Positions 45,543 to 56,477 of a stretch of DNA of 64,000 bases are shown piece by piece. The translations under genes were made by a program, and so were the position numbers. Where the stretch lies: assembly GCA_938084565.1 (NCBI GenBank), contig CALKEU010000002.1:39501-103500 (forward strand), read 5' to 3'. The DNA comes from Candidatus Kapaibacterium sp. (GTDB lineage Bacteria; Bacteroidota; Ignavibacteria; Kapaibacteriales; HRBIN21). The notes below the pieces were generated by a model. The model ran no database searches and had not been told where the DNA came from. It worked only from the letters and a program-made list of their open reading frames with translations. Position 1 is the first letter of the stretch; every line of letters starts with the position of its first letter.

Positions 45543-47179
45543 GCCCCTTGGGCCACCTCGGTTGCAATGGCTTGCCGTTGCTGCCGATACCTGAGAGCAG
45601 CTCGAACAAAGTGCACAAAGAGAGGATGCCCCTCAGGAACCCGAGATTTGAACTCCGGATGGAATTGTACCCCTACAAACCAGCGGTGGTGGCGGAGTTC
45701 GGCAATTTCAACGAGCCTACCATCCGGCGAGGTCCCGCTGACCAGGAGACCATGCTGCTGGAGCGTAGGGAGAAAGTCCGGATTGACCTCATAGCGGTGG
45801 CGGTGCCGCTCGTAGACGAGCTCCTGCCGATATGCCTCCCAGGCTTTGGTGCCCTTGCGAATGACACACGGATAAGCCCCCAAACGCATGGTACCGCCCT
45901 TCTGCTTGACTTTGCGCTGCTCCGGCAAGAGATCGATAACATTGTGGGCCGTACGGGCAAATTCAGCCGAATGCGCATCAGGCCAGCCGCAGACGTTGCG
46001 GGCAAATTCGATGATAGCGCACTGCATACCCAAGCAGATGCCTAGGTACGGGATATTCTGCCGCCGAGCATAGCCAGCGGCTGCAATCTTGCCCTCAACC
46101 CCGCGCGAGCCGAAACCCGGCGCAACAAGGATACCGTCAACCCCCTCCAGAGCGTTGCTCACTACTCCATCGAGCGAGAGCTCCTCGGCGCTAATCCAGC
46201 GGATGTGAACGCGCGCGTTGGCTACAGCTCCGGCATGGGTGAGGGCCTCCAGAATGCTCTTGTAAGAGTCCCGGTACTGCGTGTACTTGCCGACAAAGGC
46301 AATCGTGACCTCATACCGTGGGTTCTTAATCCGCTGCACGAAGCGATTCCAGCGCTCCATGCGCAGCGGTTTACCCTGGAGCCCAAGCTTACGGAGGACA
46401 ATCGTGTCAAGGCCGCGGCGGGCAAACATGTGTGGCACTTCGTAGATGGTCTCCACATCGAGCGCCTCAATGACGGCTTCCTCGTCTACGTTACAGAAGA
46501 GCGCAATCTTGGAGCGAATCTCGCGGCTCAGACGTTGCTCCGTGCGGCACAGCAGAATGTCCGGGCGAATCCCCGACTCCATGAGTGCCTTAACCGAATG
46601 CTGTGTGGGCTTGGTCTTGACTTCCTCCGCTGAGCGAACGTAGGGCACGTACGTGAGGTGAAGTGTGAGCGTATTCTGGGAGCCCCGCTCCAAACACAGC
46701 TGACGGGCAGCCTCCAGGAAGGGGAGGGACTCAATATCGCCGACTGTACCCCCGATTTCAATCAGCACAATATCGTACTGCCCATCGAAGATAGTCATGC
46801 GCCGCTTGATCTCGTCGGTGATGTGCGGAATGACCTGGACAGTCTTGCCGAGATAGTAGCCCTTGCGCTCCCGCTGGATGACTTCGTAATAGACTTGCCC
46901 AGCTGTGGTATTGTTGAGCCGTGAGGTCGTAATCCCCATGAAGCGCTCGTAGTGTCCCAGGTCTAAGTCCGTTTCGGCACCGTCGTCGGTGACGTAGACT
47001 TCGCCGTGCTGGTACGGATTCATGGTCCCCGGGTCAACGTTGATGTAAGGATCAAACTTGAGCGCTGTCACGCTGAAGCCTCGCAGCTTGAGCAGTAGTC
47101 CCAACGAAGCGGTTGCAATCCCTTTACCGAGCGAGGAAAGCACCCCGCCGGTGATGAAGATATACTTGGTCACTGGCAT
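45539..47179 (-). CDS. pyrG: CTP synthase
   Basis: [49 protein letters not shown]. Confidence 0.98.
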   Translation of the reverse strand: MPVTKYIFITGGVLSSLGKGIATASLGLLLKLRGFSVTALKFDPYINVDPGTMNPYQHGEVYVTDDGAETDLDLGHYERFMGITTSRLNNTTAGQVYYEVIQRERKGYYLGKTVQVIPHITDEIKRRMTIFDGQYDIVLIEIGGTVGDIESLPFLEAARQLCLERGSQNTLTLHLTYVPYVRSAEEVKTKPTQHSVKALMESGIRPDILLCRTEQRLSREIRSKIALFCNVDEEAVIEALDVETIYEVPHMFARRGLDTIVLRKLGLQGKPLRMERWNRFVQRIKNPRYEVTIAFVGKYTQYRDSYKSILEALTHAGAVANARVHIRWISAEELSLDGVVSNALEGVDGILVAPGFGSRGVEGKIAAAGYARRQNIPYLGICLGMQCAIIEFARNVCGWPDAHSAEFARTAHNVIDLLPEQRKVKQKGGTMRLGAYPCVIRKGTKAWEAYRQELVYERHRHRYEVNPDFLPTLQQHGLLVSGTSPDGRLVEIAELRHHRWFVGVQFHPEFKSRVPEGHPLFVHFVRAALRYRQQRQAIATEVAQGA

Positions 47180-47254
47180 GGTGTATCCCACCTCTGCCCA
47201 CAGATGTGCTGTCTCCTGTGTGCGCTAGCCATGAGCGAAAGTTGCAGAGACTTC

Positions 47255-47262
47255 CAAACTTA
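47255..47262 (-). promoter_or_regulatory. -7 element TAAGTTTG upstream of pyrG
   Basis: Exact TAnnTTTG in the divergent intergenic region. Confidence 0.55.
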
Positions 47263-47338
47263 GAGAAAACCCCGTAGACAGCCGGCTCAGCCTCTGTGGC
47301 AGCGGTTCATTCGGGCAGGGAGCAGTTCGAGGAGCCGG

Positions 47339-47346
47339 TAATTTTG
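47339..47346 (+). promoter_or_regulatory. -7 element TAATTTTG upstream of dctQ
   Basis: Exact TAnnTTTG 27 nt before ATG 47374. Confidence 0.55.
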
Positions 47347-47373
47347 TGGAGGGTACAACGGGCTGTTGGACAT

Positions 47374-47895
47374 ATGCAGAGACTGCTGCGCTGGATTGAG
47401 CGCCTATTGCGAGGTTCCGAACGAGTAGCCACTGCTTTCACGCTGGGTCTGGCAGCAATAGTCTTTGCCAACGTTTTACTCCGCTACCTCTTTCAGCTCA
47501 GTGCGATGGCAGTGCAGGAGCTCCAGTGGTACTTCTATGCCTTCAGCTTCCTGCTGGCCATAGCCCCGACGCTATGGGCAGACCAGCACGTGCGCATTGA
47601 CATCTTCTATGGTCGGTTGCCTGCGTCGTGGCAGCGCTGGATCAATTTCTGGGGCACTCTGCTGCTGATGGTACCCTTCGCCGTACTGGTGCTGTGGGCT
47701 TCGTACGATTTTGTGGCTTACTCCTTCCGCATCCGAGAGTCATCGCCCAATCCGGGTGGACTGCCCTGGCTGTTCCTCTTCAAAGCTGCTCTGCCGGTGA
47801 GTTTTCTCCTCCTGCTCTTGGCTGCCCTCGCCCTTCTATGGCGCTGGGGGCGCAGCACTGACAAGGCCCCCGAACGAGAAGGGGGACGGCTATGA
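47374..47895 (+). CDS. TRAP transporter small permease (DctQ-like)
   Basis: NVLLRYLF, ELQWY, HVRIDIFY, ESSPNPGGLP; 4 TM helices. Confidence 0.9.
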   Translation: MQRLLRWIERLLRGSERVATAFTLGLAAIVFANVLLRYLFQLSAMAVQELQWYFYAFSFLLAIAPTLWADQHVRIDIFYGRLPASWQRWINFWGTLLLMVPFAVLVLWASYDFVAYSFRIRESSPNPGGLPWLFLFKAALPVSFLLLLLAALALLWRWGRSTDKAPEREGGRL

Positions 47896-49175
47896 CGGGG
47901 ATTGCCCTCTTTGCCGTGGCTTTCCTCCTGCTGATGGCTGGGTACCCGGTGGCCTTTACCTTCGCCGCTGTTGCTGTGGGCTTTGCAGCGGGCACGGGGC
48001 AGCTGGAGCTCTTTGCCATGATGCCGGAGCGCATCTACGCGCTGATGACCAACGTGACACTCATGGCTGTGCCCCTCTTCATTCTCATGGGCATGATCCT
48101 GCAGCGCTCGGGGCTTGCTGAGATGTTGCTGGAAACTATTGGTCAGCTCTTCGGGCGTGCACGCGGGGGCATTGCTATCGGGACCGTCGTCGTGGGGGCC
48201 ATACTGGCAGCGTCCACCGGGATTGTTGGGGCAACAGTAGTAGCGATGAGTTTGATCGCTCTGCCCGTCATGCTCAAGTACGGGTACAATCGCCCCTTTG
48301 CGGCAGGGATTATCTGCGCTGCGGGGACGCTCGGGCAGATTGTGCCCCCGTCAGTTGTCCTCATTGTGCTTGGGGAAGTTCTCCAGGTATCGGTCGGAGA
48401 GCTCTTCCGTGCAGCATTTCTCCCGGGGTTGGTCCTAGCGCTGCTCTACATCGTCTGGACGGTGATTCTGGCTATTGTCAAGCCCACATGGCTCCCTCCC
48501 CTTCCAATAGAAGGGCGTCCCGCATGGGGACAGGTTGTCCGCGCACTCTTGCCTCCGCTCCTCCTCATTGTCCTCGTGCTGGGCTCCATCTTTGCAGGCA
48601 TTGCTACTCCGACAGAGTCGGCCAGCGTTGGAGTTGCTGGAAGCATTGCCCTCACGCTGCTCTACCGACGGTTTTCGTGGAAACTACTCTGGGAGGCGGC
48701 ACGTGAGACCACGCGCGTCAGCGCCATGGTCTTTACCATTCTCATCGGGGCCACCGCCTTCTCGATGATCTTCTCCTACGCCGGGGGCGAGGCATCTGTA
48801 CACGACTTCCTCCACTCCCTCCCCGGTGGAGCAACGGGCATGATGCTTTTCACAATGGTGCTGCTCTTCCTGCTGGGATTCTTCCTGGACTTTGTGGAAA
48901 TCAGCTACATCGTCGTACCCATCATTGCTCCAGCGCTCCTGCGAGCTGGGTTTGACCCGATATGGCTTGGGGTGGTCATTGCCATGAACCTCCAGACCTC
49001 CTTCCTGACCCCGCCGTTCGGCTTTAGCCTGTTCTACCTCAAGGGAGCAGCGCAACAGCTCGACACGCTGGACATCTATCGCGGAGTTCTGCCCTTTATC
49101 GGCTTACAGCTACTAGGGCTAGCTCTGGTGCTGCTTGTCCCTGAGCTGTTTGGGCTTCAGCGGATGGTGAGGTAG
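47892..49175 (+). CDS. TRAP transporter large permease (DctM-like)
   Basis: GYPVAF, AVPLFILMG, GTLGQIVPPS, ATPTESA, NLQTSFLTPPFG. Confidence 0.93.
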   Translation: MTGIALFAVAFLLLMAGYPVAFTFAAVAVGFAAGTGQLELFAMMPERIYALMTNVTLMAVPLFILMGMILQRSGLAEMLLETIGQLFGRARGGIAIGTVVVGAILAASTGIVGATVVAMSLIALPVMLKYGYNRPFAAGIICAAGTLGQIVPPSVVLIVLGEVLQVSVGELFRAAFLPGLVLALLYIVWTVILAIVKPTWLPPLPIEGRPAWGQVVRALLPPLLLIVLVLGSIFAGIATPTESASVGVAGSIALTLLYRRFSWKLLWEAARETTRVSAMVFTILIGATAFSMIFSYAGGEASVHDFLHSLPGGATGMMLFTMVLLFLLGFFLDFVEISYIVVPIIAPALLRAGFDPIWLGVVIAMNLQTSFLTPPFGFSLFYLKGAAQQLDTLDIYRGVLPFIGLQLLGLALVLLVPELFGLQRMVR

Positions 49176-50257
49176 TAGTACTCCGAGATTTCGGTCCACT
49201 GCCGGGCTCGCTCGAGGAAGCGGCGCTGATGGTCCCAAACCTGGCGGAAGAGGGAATCCCGAGCGGCATACTCGTTCAAGAGGAGCTGGGTCTGACGCTT
49301 GAGCTCAGCGATAACCTCATCGGGGAAACGGAGGACTTTGACGAGCGGATACTTCGTACGCAAGGTTTCCAGGCCTTCAATATTACGGGCGAAGAATTCA
49401 CTCGTAGTATCGAGTGCAGTTTCTTTCATAGCCACCAGCAGCATGGCTTGAAAGTCTGCTGGCAGCTCCTCGAAGGCGCGCTCGTTGACCAGGTACTGGA
49501 GCTCGGCTGCAGGCTCATGCCAGCCGAGGTAGTAGTACTCACTGATTTCCTGGAAGCCCATGAGGAGATCGATGGCCGGACTGACCCATTCGACGGCGTC
49601 AATGACGCGCTTTTCAAGCGCTGTGTAGAGCTCTCCAGCCGGCAAAGTGATGGGTTCTGCCCCCAGCCGCGCCAATACCTCACCGCCGAGGCCTGGAATG
49701 CGGATCTTCAACCCTCGGAAATCGTGGACCGAGCGTATCTCCTTCCGGAACCATCCGCCCATTTGAACGCCGGTATTGCCTGCCGGGAAGGAGAGCAATC
49801 CATGCGGACGGAATACTTTCTCCATAAGCTCCATACCGCCGCCGTAGAAGAGCCAGGCGTACTGTTCCCACACATTCATGCCGAATGGGACGGTGGTCAG
49901 CAGTGCCATTGCCGGCTCTTTGCCTTTCCAGTAGTATGCAGCTGTGTGGCCCATGTGGTAGGTTCCGCTACGCACCATGTCGAAGACCCCGAACGGAGCC
50001 TTGTGCTTCCCGGCAGAGTCCACCTCCAGCGTGAAACGCCCACCGGACAAACGCTCCAGCAATTCAGCCAAGCGACGGGGGCCGTGTTCGAAGATGGGAA
50101 AATTGGGCGGCCACGAAGTAGCCAAGCGCCAGTGGACCCGTACGTGTGCAGATGCTGCTGGCTGACCACCCCCCTCGGGGCGCTTCTGCTGGCAGGCCGC
50201 CCCGAAGAGTGCCACGCCGCTGAGGAGCCCCGTCCGAAGCACATCCCGGCGTTTCAT
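49157..50257 (-). CDS. TRAP substrate-binding protein, TakP/DctP family, with Tat-type lipoprotein signal
   Basis: MKRRDVL twin-Arg, GAA-C lipobox, GHTAAYYWKGK, GNTGVQMGGWFRKEI, GLKIRIPG, YYYLGWHEP. Confidence 0.9.
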   Translation of the reverse strand: MKRRDVLRTGLLSGVALFGAACQQKRPEGGGQPAASAHVRVHWRLATSWPPNFPIFEHGPRRLAELLERLSGGRFTLEVDSAGKHKAPFGVFDMVRSGTYHMGHTAAYYWKGKEPAMALLTTVPFGMNVWEQYAWLFYGGGMELMEKVFRPHGLLSFPAGNTGVQMGGWFRKEIRSVHDFRGLKIRIPGLGGEVLARLGAEPITLPAGELYTALEKRVIDAVEWVSPAIDLLMGFQEISEYYYLGWHEPAAELQYLVNERAFEELPADFQAMLLVAMKETALDTTSEFFARNIEGLETLRTKYPLVKVLRFPDEVIAELKRQTQLLLNEYAARDSLFRQVWDHQRRFLERARQWTEISEYYYLTIR

Positions 50258-50418
50258 CACTTCCCAACCTCTGCAGTACTCCACCACCTGCGTGAAATTA
50301 CAGAGCAACCTGTGAGCAAAGGCACTCTCCTCGCCGTTGCTCCTGAGCTGAGCAGTAGGTGTGGCCAGAAAGAGCTATATTCGGAGCACATGGTATGTTC
50401 GAACGCAGGAGCACGCCA

Positions 50419-52863
50419 ATGCGGTGGATGTCGAGCGCTGTAGCAGTCGGGATCCTAGTCAGCCTCGCAGTAGCCCAGCAAGCGCCAAAGAAGTACGTAC
50501 TCATCGAGGAATTCACAAGCGCCACCTGTCCTCCCTGTGTACAGGCTTCCGAGAAACTCAACAGCATTGTGCGCCCGGACAACGGGCTCATCTCGATTCG
50601 CTACCACATGAACTGGCCCGCTCCAGGAGATCCCTTCAATGTCGCTAATCCGACTGATAACCAAACCCGGCGTCAGTACTATGGCGTCACCGGCATCCCC
50701 TTTGCGGCTGTCATGGGCACCTGGACAGGTCACCCGATGAGTAGTGGCTTCGACGCTGCAATCCAGCAACAGCAAGCTCAACCCGTACGACTGCACATCA
50801 GCGTTTCCGAGAACCGACAGAATGCTCCTAGGATCGCCGTCACTATACGCATCCGGAACGTCTCTCAGCAAGCCATCACACTCGATGGACATGTGCTGCA
50901 TGTGGCCGTAGTCAACCGACGTGTTGACCTCCCCGACCTGCCTCAACGCCTCCAGAACTCGAATGGGGAGACCATCTTCTACGACCCCATGATGAAGATG
51001 CTCCCGAGTGCCAACGGTACCCCGCTTTCAGGCAGTATTGGAGTAGGCCAAGAGCAGAGCTTTGGACCGTTCGAGTATACGCTAGGCACAGGTGAGCTGT
51101 GGCCTCCCGGGCAGGATTACGTTATCGCCTTTGTGCAGAGGGTGAGCACGAGAGAAGTCATCGACGCAGGCACAAACCTGGAACAGAAGCTGGTGCGTGT
51201 GACAGTGCAGCTTACAGCGCCGACGCCGCAGTTTGTCACCATCGCTCGCGGAGGCTCGGTGACGAAGACGGTAACACTGCGCAACACCAGCACGCAGACA
51301 TGGAGCTTCCGTCTTGTCCTCGACCAGAGGGGCAGCGTGCTCCTGCGTAGCTGGGGCTGGAACGCTACAATAAGCCCCGATTCCGTTTCCCTGGCCCCCG
51401 GAGCCACGCAGCAGTTTACCGTCCGCGTGAGCGCACCCACCGACGCTGGCTATGCCCGGCTGGTCCTCAAACCCGAGCTCCTCACCCGCTCCAGCAATAT
51501 GATCGTAGAGCTAAGCGACACAAGCACCGTGCTTGGTTTCCTATCGGAGAACACAAAGTACGTGCTCTACTACGGCATCATGCCTTGGTTTAGCTCGGCA
51601 TATCTGGACATTGCCCGGCAGCTTCCCGCTCTCCAGGGTGATGTGGCATTCCTGCCACTCCTCCCGGAGGATATGGCGGCCTATCCGATCCAGAACTTCC
51701 AGTTAGCCGTCTTTCCGCTGTTAGACTATCCCCTCAAGACTCCCGACGGACAACTCGACCACATCTTCAACGCTATCCAACAAGCCCTTCAGGCAGGGAC
51801 ACGGCTCTGGATTACAGCCAATGCGGCCCTCTATTGGGCCTTTGACCCTAACTCGCAGTACCGGACCCCCCAAGCCCAGCAGTTCTTCACTACTGTGCTG
51901 GGCTTGCAATACGTGCGGCTCCAACAGCGCTACAGTGGCAACACCCTCACCTCCTTCCCCATCACCGGTGTGCCCAATGACCCTATCGGGGATGGCTTCA
52001 GCGCAACGGCCAACACGAGTGTCAACGCTGGGTACAATCTCTACACCGACATCTTCAGCCGTCGACCGGGTAGTCCTTCGGAGGCATCATTTTACTACGA
52101 CAACACTCCAGCCTCTCTCGGTGGGGTACGCCGCCAGCTGGATAATGGGAACCGTCTCGTCTACACAAGTTTTGGTCCCGAAGCTCTCGCCAGCGCATCA
52201 CTGCGGCAGGACCTGTGGGACCGCGTTATCCGCTGGCTCTTGGGTGGTGGGCAGCAGGCCCAACCGCGCATTGCACTGAATACGTACTCACTGCGCTTCG
52301 ATTCCGTGGAACTCGGCACGACAAAGTCCCTTATGCTTGAATTGAGCAATGTCGGCGCTGCCGAACTGCGCATTACGCAGATCGAGCTGAGTGGCACGGA
52401 CGCTGCTGCTTTCAATGTCCCCGAACGGGATGTAGTCCCAATCGTCCTGCAACCGGGTGAGCAAACCTCCCTCGAGGTGCAGTTCCGTCCAACCCGGCAG
52501 GGGGACCACACAGCGCTGCTGAGCCTCAGTTCGAATGATCCCCTTGAACCCAGCAGCGTTGTGATCCTCAGTGGGATAGGGCGTTCCGCAACGGGTGTGG
52601 CAGAGCAACACGGAACACAGCACTTCCAGTTGAGTCCAATACCTGCTACAGACTATCTCCGCCTCCGTCTACTCGAGGTGAAGGCTGCCACGGTTGTCGT
52701 CGAGCTGCAGGACCTCCACGGCCGTCCTCTCTGGAAGCGGAGCTTTCCGGTTTCGGATGGAGATATTCTCCTGCCGCTCCAGGGGCTAGCCAGCGGAGTA
52801 TATCGGCTCACCGTGCAGCTGGATGGGAAGAGTCTTTCGGTCCCCGTCCCCCTTGTGCGATAG
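50419..52863 (+). CDS. Omp28-like thioredoxin-fold (CPPC) multidomain protein with ASH/Ig domain and T9SS-type C-terminal domain
   Basis: AGGAG SD; signal peptide; [14 protein letters not shown]...YHMNWP...YYGVTGIP; FDSVELG...LSNVG..LRIT ASH domain; LSPIPA...LQDLHGR...LASGVY. Confidence 0.75.
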   Translation: MRWMSSAVAVGILVSLAVAQQAPKKYVLIEEFTSATCPPCVQASEKLNSIVRPDNGLISIRYHMNWPAPGDPFNVANPTDNQTRRQYYGVTGIPFAAVMGTWTGHPMSSGFDAAIQQQQAQPVRLHISVSENRQNAPRIAVTIRIRNVSQQAITLDGHVLHVAVVNRRVDLPDLPQRLQNSNGETIFYDPMMKMLPSANGTPLSGSIGVGQEQSFGPFEYTLGTGELWPPGQDYVIAFVQRVSTREVIDAGTNLEQKLVRVTVQLTAPTPQFVTIARGGSVTKTVTLRNTSTQTWSFRLVLDQRGSVLLRSWGWNATISPDSVSLAPGATQQFTVRVSAPTDAGYARLVLKPELLTRSSNMIVELSDTSTVLGFLSENTKYVLYYGIMPWFSSAYLDIARQLPALQGDVAFLPLLPEDMAAYPIQNFQLAVFPLLDYPLKTPDGQLDHIFNAIQQALQAGTRLWITANAALYWAFDPNSQYRTPQAQQFFTTVLGLQYVRLQQRYSGNTLTSFPITGVPNDPIGDGFSATANTSVNAGYNLYTDIFSRRPGSPSEASFYYDNTPASLGGVRRQLDNGNRLVYTSFGPEALASASLRQDLWDRVIRWLLGGGQQAQPRIALNTYSLRFDSVELGTTKSLMLELSNVGAAELRITQIELSGTDAAAFNVPERDVVPIVLQPGEQTSLEVQFRPTRQGDHTALLSLSSNDPLEPSSVVILSGIGRSATGVAEQHGTQHFQLSPIPATDYLRLRLLEVKAATVVVELQDLHGRPLWKRSFPVSDGDILLPLQGLASGVYRLTVQLDGKSLSVPVPLVR

Positions 52864-54955
52864 AGCTACGCTGAGCAGCCGGCAGGCCTTCGCCCTGTCC
52901 GGGCAAGCTTAGGTGAGCAAGCTCGTCCGGGTAGTCCCGACAGAGCTGCAGGAGGCTATCGCGGAGTTCAGCGGCCCGCTCGAAATCGAGATCCTGTGCA
53001 GCGCGGCGCATCTCGGCGAGGAGCTCTTCTGCAAGCTGGCGGCGCTGGTCTGGCGTCATGTAACGGACCAAGGGGTCAGCTACCACAGCCGTCCGCCGCG
53101 GGAGGCTGTAGTCGGCTCGTGTACGCCGGGATTGGATATCCGCCACCGCTGTGGTCTGCAGAATCTCCTCCAAGCTTTTGTAGACCGTCCGGGGATTGAT
53201 ACCATGCTGCCGATTGTACTCCATCTGGAGAGCCCGACGCCGATTCGTCTCAGCAATGACGCGACGGATAGATTCCGTCATCCGGTCAGCGTAGAGGATG
53301 ACCATACCATCGGCGTTACGCGCCGTACGGCCAGCAATCTGGAGGATTGAACGCTCACTGCGCAGAAAACCCTCTTTGTCAGCGTCCAGAATAGCCACCA
53401 GAGAAACCTCCGGGAGATCCAGACCTTCGCGCAGGAGATTGACCCCGACCAAGACATCGTAGCGGCCGAGACGCAGGTTGCGCAGGATCTCGACTCGCTC
53501 GACCGCGTCAATATCCGCATGGAGGTAGGCTACCCGTATGCCGAGGCCATGGAGGTATTCGGCTAAATCTTCGGCCATACGCTTGGTCAGCGTTGTGACC
53601 AACACGCGATGCTTCTGCTCCACCCGGCGGCGGATTTCCCCGACAAGGTCGTCGATTTGGTTGTGCGTCGGACGGACTTGGATTTCCGGATCGAGCAGGC
53701 CTGTTGGGCGGATGATTTGCTCGACGACGACACCCTGACTTTTCTCCAATTCGTAGTCGCCGGGGGTAGCACTGACGTAGATGACTTGATTGACCAGCGC
53801 CTCAAACTCATCGAAGCGCAGTGGGCGATTCTCCAATGCCGAGGGCAAGCGGAAGCCATACTCGACAAGGGTTTCCTTCCGAGAGCGATCCCCGTTGTAC
53901 ATGCCGCGAAGTTGCGGGATGGTGACGTGGCTTTCATCAATGATGAGGAGGTAATCGCGGGGGAAGTAGTCCAGCAGACACCATGGTCGCTCGCCGGGCC
54001 GACGGCCCGAAAGGTGCATGGAGTAATTCTCGATACCGGGGCAGTACCCGATCTCGCGGAGCATCTCGAGGTCGAAGAGGGTGCGTTGTTCCAAGCGACG
54101 GGCCTCGAGCTCCTTACCCTGCGCCCGCAGTTGGCGGAGCCGCTCCTCGAGCTCCTGGCGGATGTTCACCAATGCCCGCTCCAGCTGTGCCCGAGTTGTC
54201 AAGAACAGTTTGGCCGGATAGAGCGTCACTGCCTCCATCTCTTCCAAAGGGGTACCACTGCGCCGATCAATCCAGCAGAGTCGTTCGATCTCATCGCCGA
54301 AGAGCTCAATCCGTAAGGCGTTCTCGGCTTCGTAGGCTGGAACGACATCGATGACATCCCCGCGCACGCGAAACGTTCCGCGCGCAAGCTCACTATCGCT
54401 ACGACTGTAGTAGATGTCGGTGAGTCGGTAGAGGAGCTGGCGCCGCGAAATCCGCATTCCCACAGAGAGAGGCAACAACATCGCCTGGAAGTCCTCCGGT
54501 CGCCCAAGGCTATAGATGCAGCTAACGGAGGCCACTACAATGACATCGCGCCGCCCCTCCAGCAACGCACTGGTAGCCCGCAAACGTAAGCGATCGATTT
54601 CCTCATTGATGGCTACCTCCTTCTCAATGTAGGTGTCTGTTGCAGGCACGTAAGCCTCGGGCTGGTAGTAATCGTAGTAGGAGATGAAGAACTCCACGGC
54701 GTTTGAGGGGAAAAACTGGCGGAATTCCCCATAAAGCTGCGCCGCCAAAGTCTTGTTCGGGCAGATGACGAGTGTCGGCTTCTGGACCTGTGCGATAACG
54801 TTGGAGATCGTAAAAGTCTTGCCCGATCCCGTAACTCCAAGCAACACTTGGTGCTTAACCCCTCGGCGAAGATTTTCCACCAGCTGGGCGATAGCTTTAG
54901 GCTGATCGCCGGCAGGGGGATATGGAGCAACGAACTGAAAGCCTTTGGGTCTCAT
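52808..54955 (-). CDS. uvrB: Excinuclease ABC subunit B
   Basis: [48 protein letters not shown]. Confidence 0.98.
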   Translation of the reverse strand: MRPKGFQFVAPYPPAGDQPKAIAQLVENLRRGVKHQVLLGVTGSGKTFTISNVIAQVQKPTLVICPNKTLAAQLYGEFRQFFPSNAVEFFISYYDYYQPEAYVPATDTYIEKEVAINEEIDRLRLRATSALLEGRRDVIVVASVSCIYSLGRPEDFQAMLLPLSVGMRISRRQLLYRLTDIYYSRSDSELARGTFRVRGDVIDVVPAYEAENALRIELFGDEIERLCWIDRRSGTPLEEMEAVTLYPAKLFLTTRAQLERALVNIRQELEERLRQLRAQGKELEARRLEQRTLFDLEMLREIGYCPGIENYSMHLSGRRPGERPWCLLDYFPRDYLLIIDESHVTIPQLRGMYNGDRSRKETLVEYGFRLPSALENRPLRFDEFEALVNQVIYVSATPGDYELEKSQGVVVEQIIRPTGLLDPEIQVRPTHNQIDDLVGEIRRRVEQKHRVLVTTLTKRMAEDLAEYLHGLGIRVAYLHADIDAVERVEILRNLRLGRYDVLVGVNLLREGLDLPEVSLVAILDADKEGFLRSERSILQIAGRTARNADGMVILYADRMTESIRRVIAETNRRRALQMEYNRQHGINPRTVYKSLEEILQTTAVADIQSRRTRADYSLPRRTAVVADPLVRYMTPDQRRQLAEELLAEMRRAAQDLDFERAAELRDSLLQLCRDYPDELAHLSLPGQGEGLPAAQRSSIAQGGRGPKDSSHPAAR

Positions 54956-55058
54956 GGGGTCTAGCCCCGGTCGGCAGAATTCCTAAACTAAAGAAATTGG
55001 CAGGATTTACGTCACGTACCCATGCCCAACATGTTGGATGGAAGCCGGCAGAGGAGGA

Positions 55059-56114
55059 ATGCTGCTGCGCACGAAGCTTTCGACATTCCGATACACATAT
55101 CCCAAGCAGGCGATCGCTCGCTTTCCGGCCGACCCGCGCGACAGTGCTCGCCTTATGGTACTCCATCGCAGCACAGGAACTATTGAACACCGCACTGTCC
55201 GTGATCTTGTCGACTACTTCCACAAAGGCGACTGCCTCGTTGTCAACGACACATGGGTCTACCCGGCACGGCTCATCGGGAAGAAGGAGCGGACCCATGC
55301 TCCCATTGAGGTTATTCTGGCTCGTGAGCTCAGCCGTGAGGACCGCCTCTGGGAAGTGCTCGTCGAACCTGCGCGCAAGGTCCGGATTGGCAACAAGATT
55401 TACTTCGACAACAACCGCTTCTACGGGGAGATTGTCGATAACACGACCTCCCGTGGGCGCATTGTACGCTTTAGCTATGATGGCGACCTCTACAAAGTGG
55501 CCGAACGCATCGGCAGCATGGTACTACCCGACTACATCCAACGCCCTCCCGAGGAGGGAGACAAGGAGTGGTACCAGACTATCTTCGCCAACCGGGAAAA
55601 GATTGGCTCCCTGGCACCACCGACGGCAGGGCTTCACTTTACGCCCGAGCTCGTACAGAAGCTCCGACACAAGGGTGTGCACATCGTTGCCATTATGCTC
55701 CATATCGGCCTTGGCATCTTCGAGCGCATTGAAGTGGAAGATCTGAGCAAGCACACGATGAGCTCTGAGTTCTTCGACGTCAGCGCCCAGGCTGCCGATA
55801 CCATCAACCGCGTCCTCCGCCATAGGCATCGCGTATGCGCTGTCGGATGTAGCGTCGCCCGTGCCCTAGAAGCCAGTGCCCTCAGAACGGGCATGCTCAA
55901 ACCAACCCGTGGATGGACAGACCGTTTTATCTACCCGCCCTACGAGTTCCGCATCGTGCAGAGTTTACTGACAAACTTTCATCCACCGAATTCTCCTTCG
56001 CTTCTGGTAGGGGCAGCTCTTGCCGACCCAGAGCTCATCATGAAGGCGTACCGGACCGCAATCAAGGAAGGCTATCGCCTATTTGCTTACGGGGATGCTC
56101 TACTCATCGTCTGA
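55059..56114 (+). CDS. queA: S-adenosylmethionine:tRNA ribosyltransferase-isomerase QueA (divergent motifs)
   Basis: RDSARLMVL, LVVNDT, APPTAGLHFT, LHIGLG, LLTNFH, YGDALLI. Confidence 0.85.
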   Translation: MLLRTKLSTFRYTYPKQAIARFPADPRDSARLMVLHRSTGTIEHRTVRDLVDYFHKGDCLVVNDTWVYPARLIGKKERTHAPIEVILARELSREDRLWEVLVEPARKVRIGNKIYFDNNRFYGEIVDNTTSRGRIVRFSYDGDLYKVAERIGSMVLPDYIQRPPEEGDKEWYQTIFANREKIGSLAPPTAGLHFTPELVQKLRHKGVHIVAIMLHIGLGIFERIEVEDLSKHTMSSEFFDVSAQAADTINRVLRHRHRVCAVGCSVARALEASALRTGMLKPTRGWTDRFIYPPYEFRIVQSLLTNFHPPNSPSLLVGAALADPELIMKAYRTAIKEGYRLFAYGDALLIV

Positions 56115-56119
56115 GGGTT

Positions 56120-56461
56120 ATGCGTCTGCTCCTCCTCTGGCTCCTCCACGCAGGCATTCTCGTGCTGGTGGCGTACATGGTTCCCGGTATCCATGTCCAC
56201 ACCGTATGGGCAGCTTTGGGAGCTTCGGCTGTTCTAGGACTTGTCAATTTGGTAGTGCGCCCGCTTCTCATCCTGCTGACTCTTCCGGCTGTGGTTCTCA
56301 CGCTCGGGGCCTTTACGGTCGTCATCAACGCTGTGGGCCTCTGGTTGGTGGCAGCGCTCGTTCCAGGCTTCTCCGTAGCGAGCTTCTGGCACGCAGTGTT
56401 GGCAGCATTCCTCATCACTCTCCTCTCGGCCTTCGGTCGCTGGTTGCTGCACGTGTCATAG
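56120..56461 (+). CDS. Phage-holin-4 superfamily / YvlD-like membrane protein
   Basis: LGLVNLVVRPLLILLTLPAVVLTLGAFTVVINA...VPGFSV..FW family pattern. Confidence 0.8.
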   Translation: MRLLLLWLLHAGILVLVAYMVPGIHVHTVWAALGASAVLGLVNLVVRPLLILLTLPAVVLTLGAFTVVINAVGLWLVAALVPGFSVASFWHAVLAAFLITLLSAFGRWLLHVS

Positions 56462-56477
56462 CTGGAGGGGCTTTTCC

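Noticed and set aside
44553-45794. 413-aa plus-strand ORF
   Set aside because: It is antisense to the glmU-like and pyrG genes, has no recognisable motif, and long shadow ORFs are expected in GC-rich coding DNA.
47180-47254. pyrG leader as a CTP-sensing attenuator
   Set aside because: No GGGC start with terminator hairpin and U-tract is recognisable.
49229-50443. 404-aa plus-strand ORF
   Set aside because: Exact antisense shadow of the TRAP binding-protein gene; no family features.
56120-56461. Holin-like gene as evidence of a prophage
   Set aside because: This family is common in non-phage chromosomal contexts, and no integrase, endolysin, terminase or structural genes are nearby.
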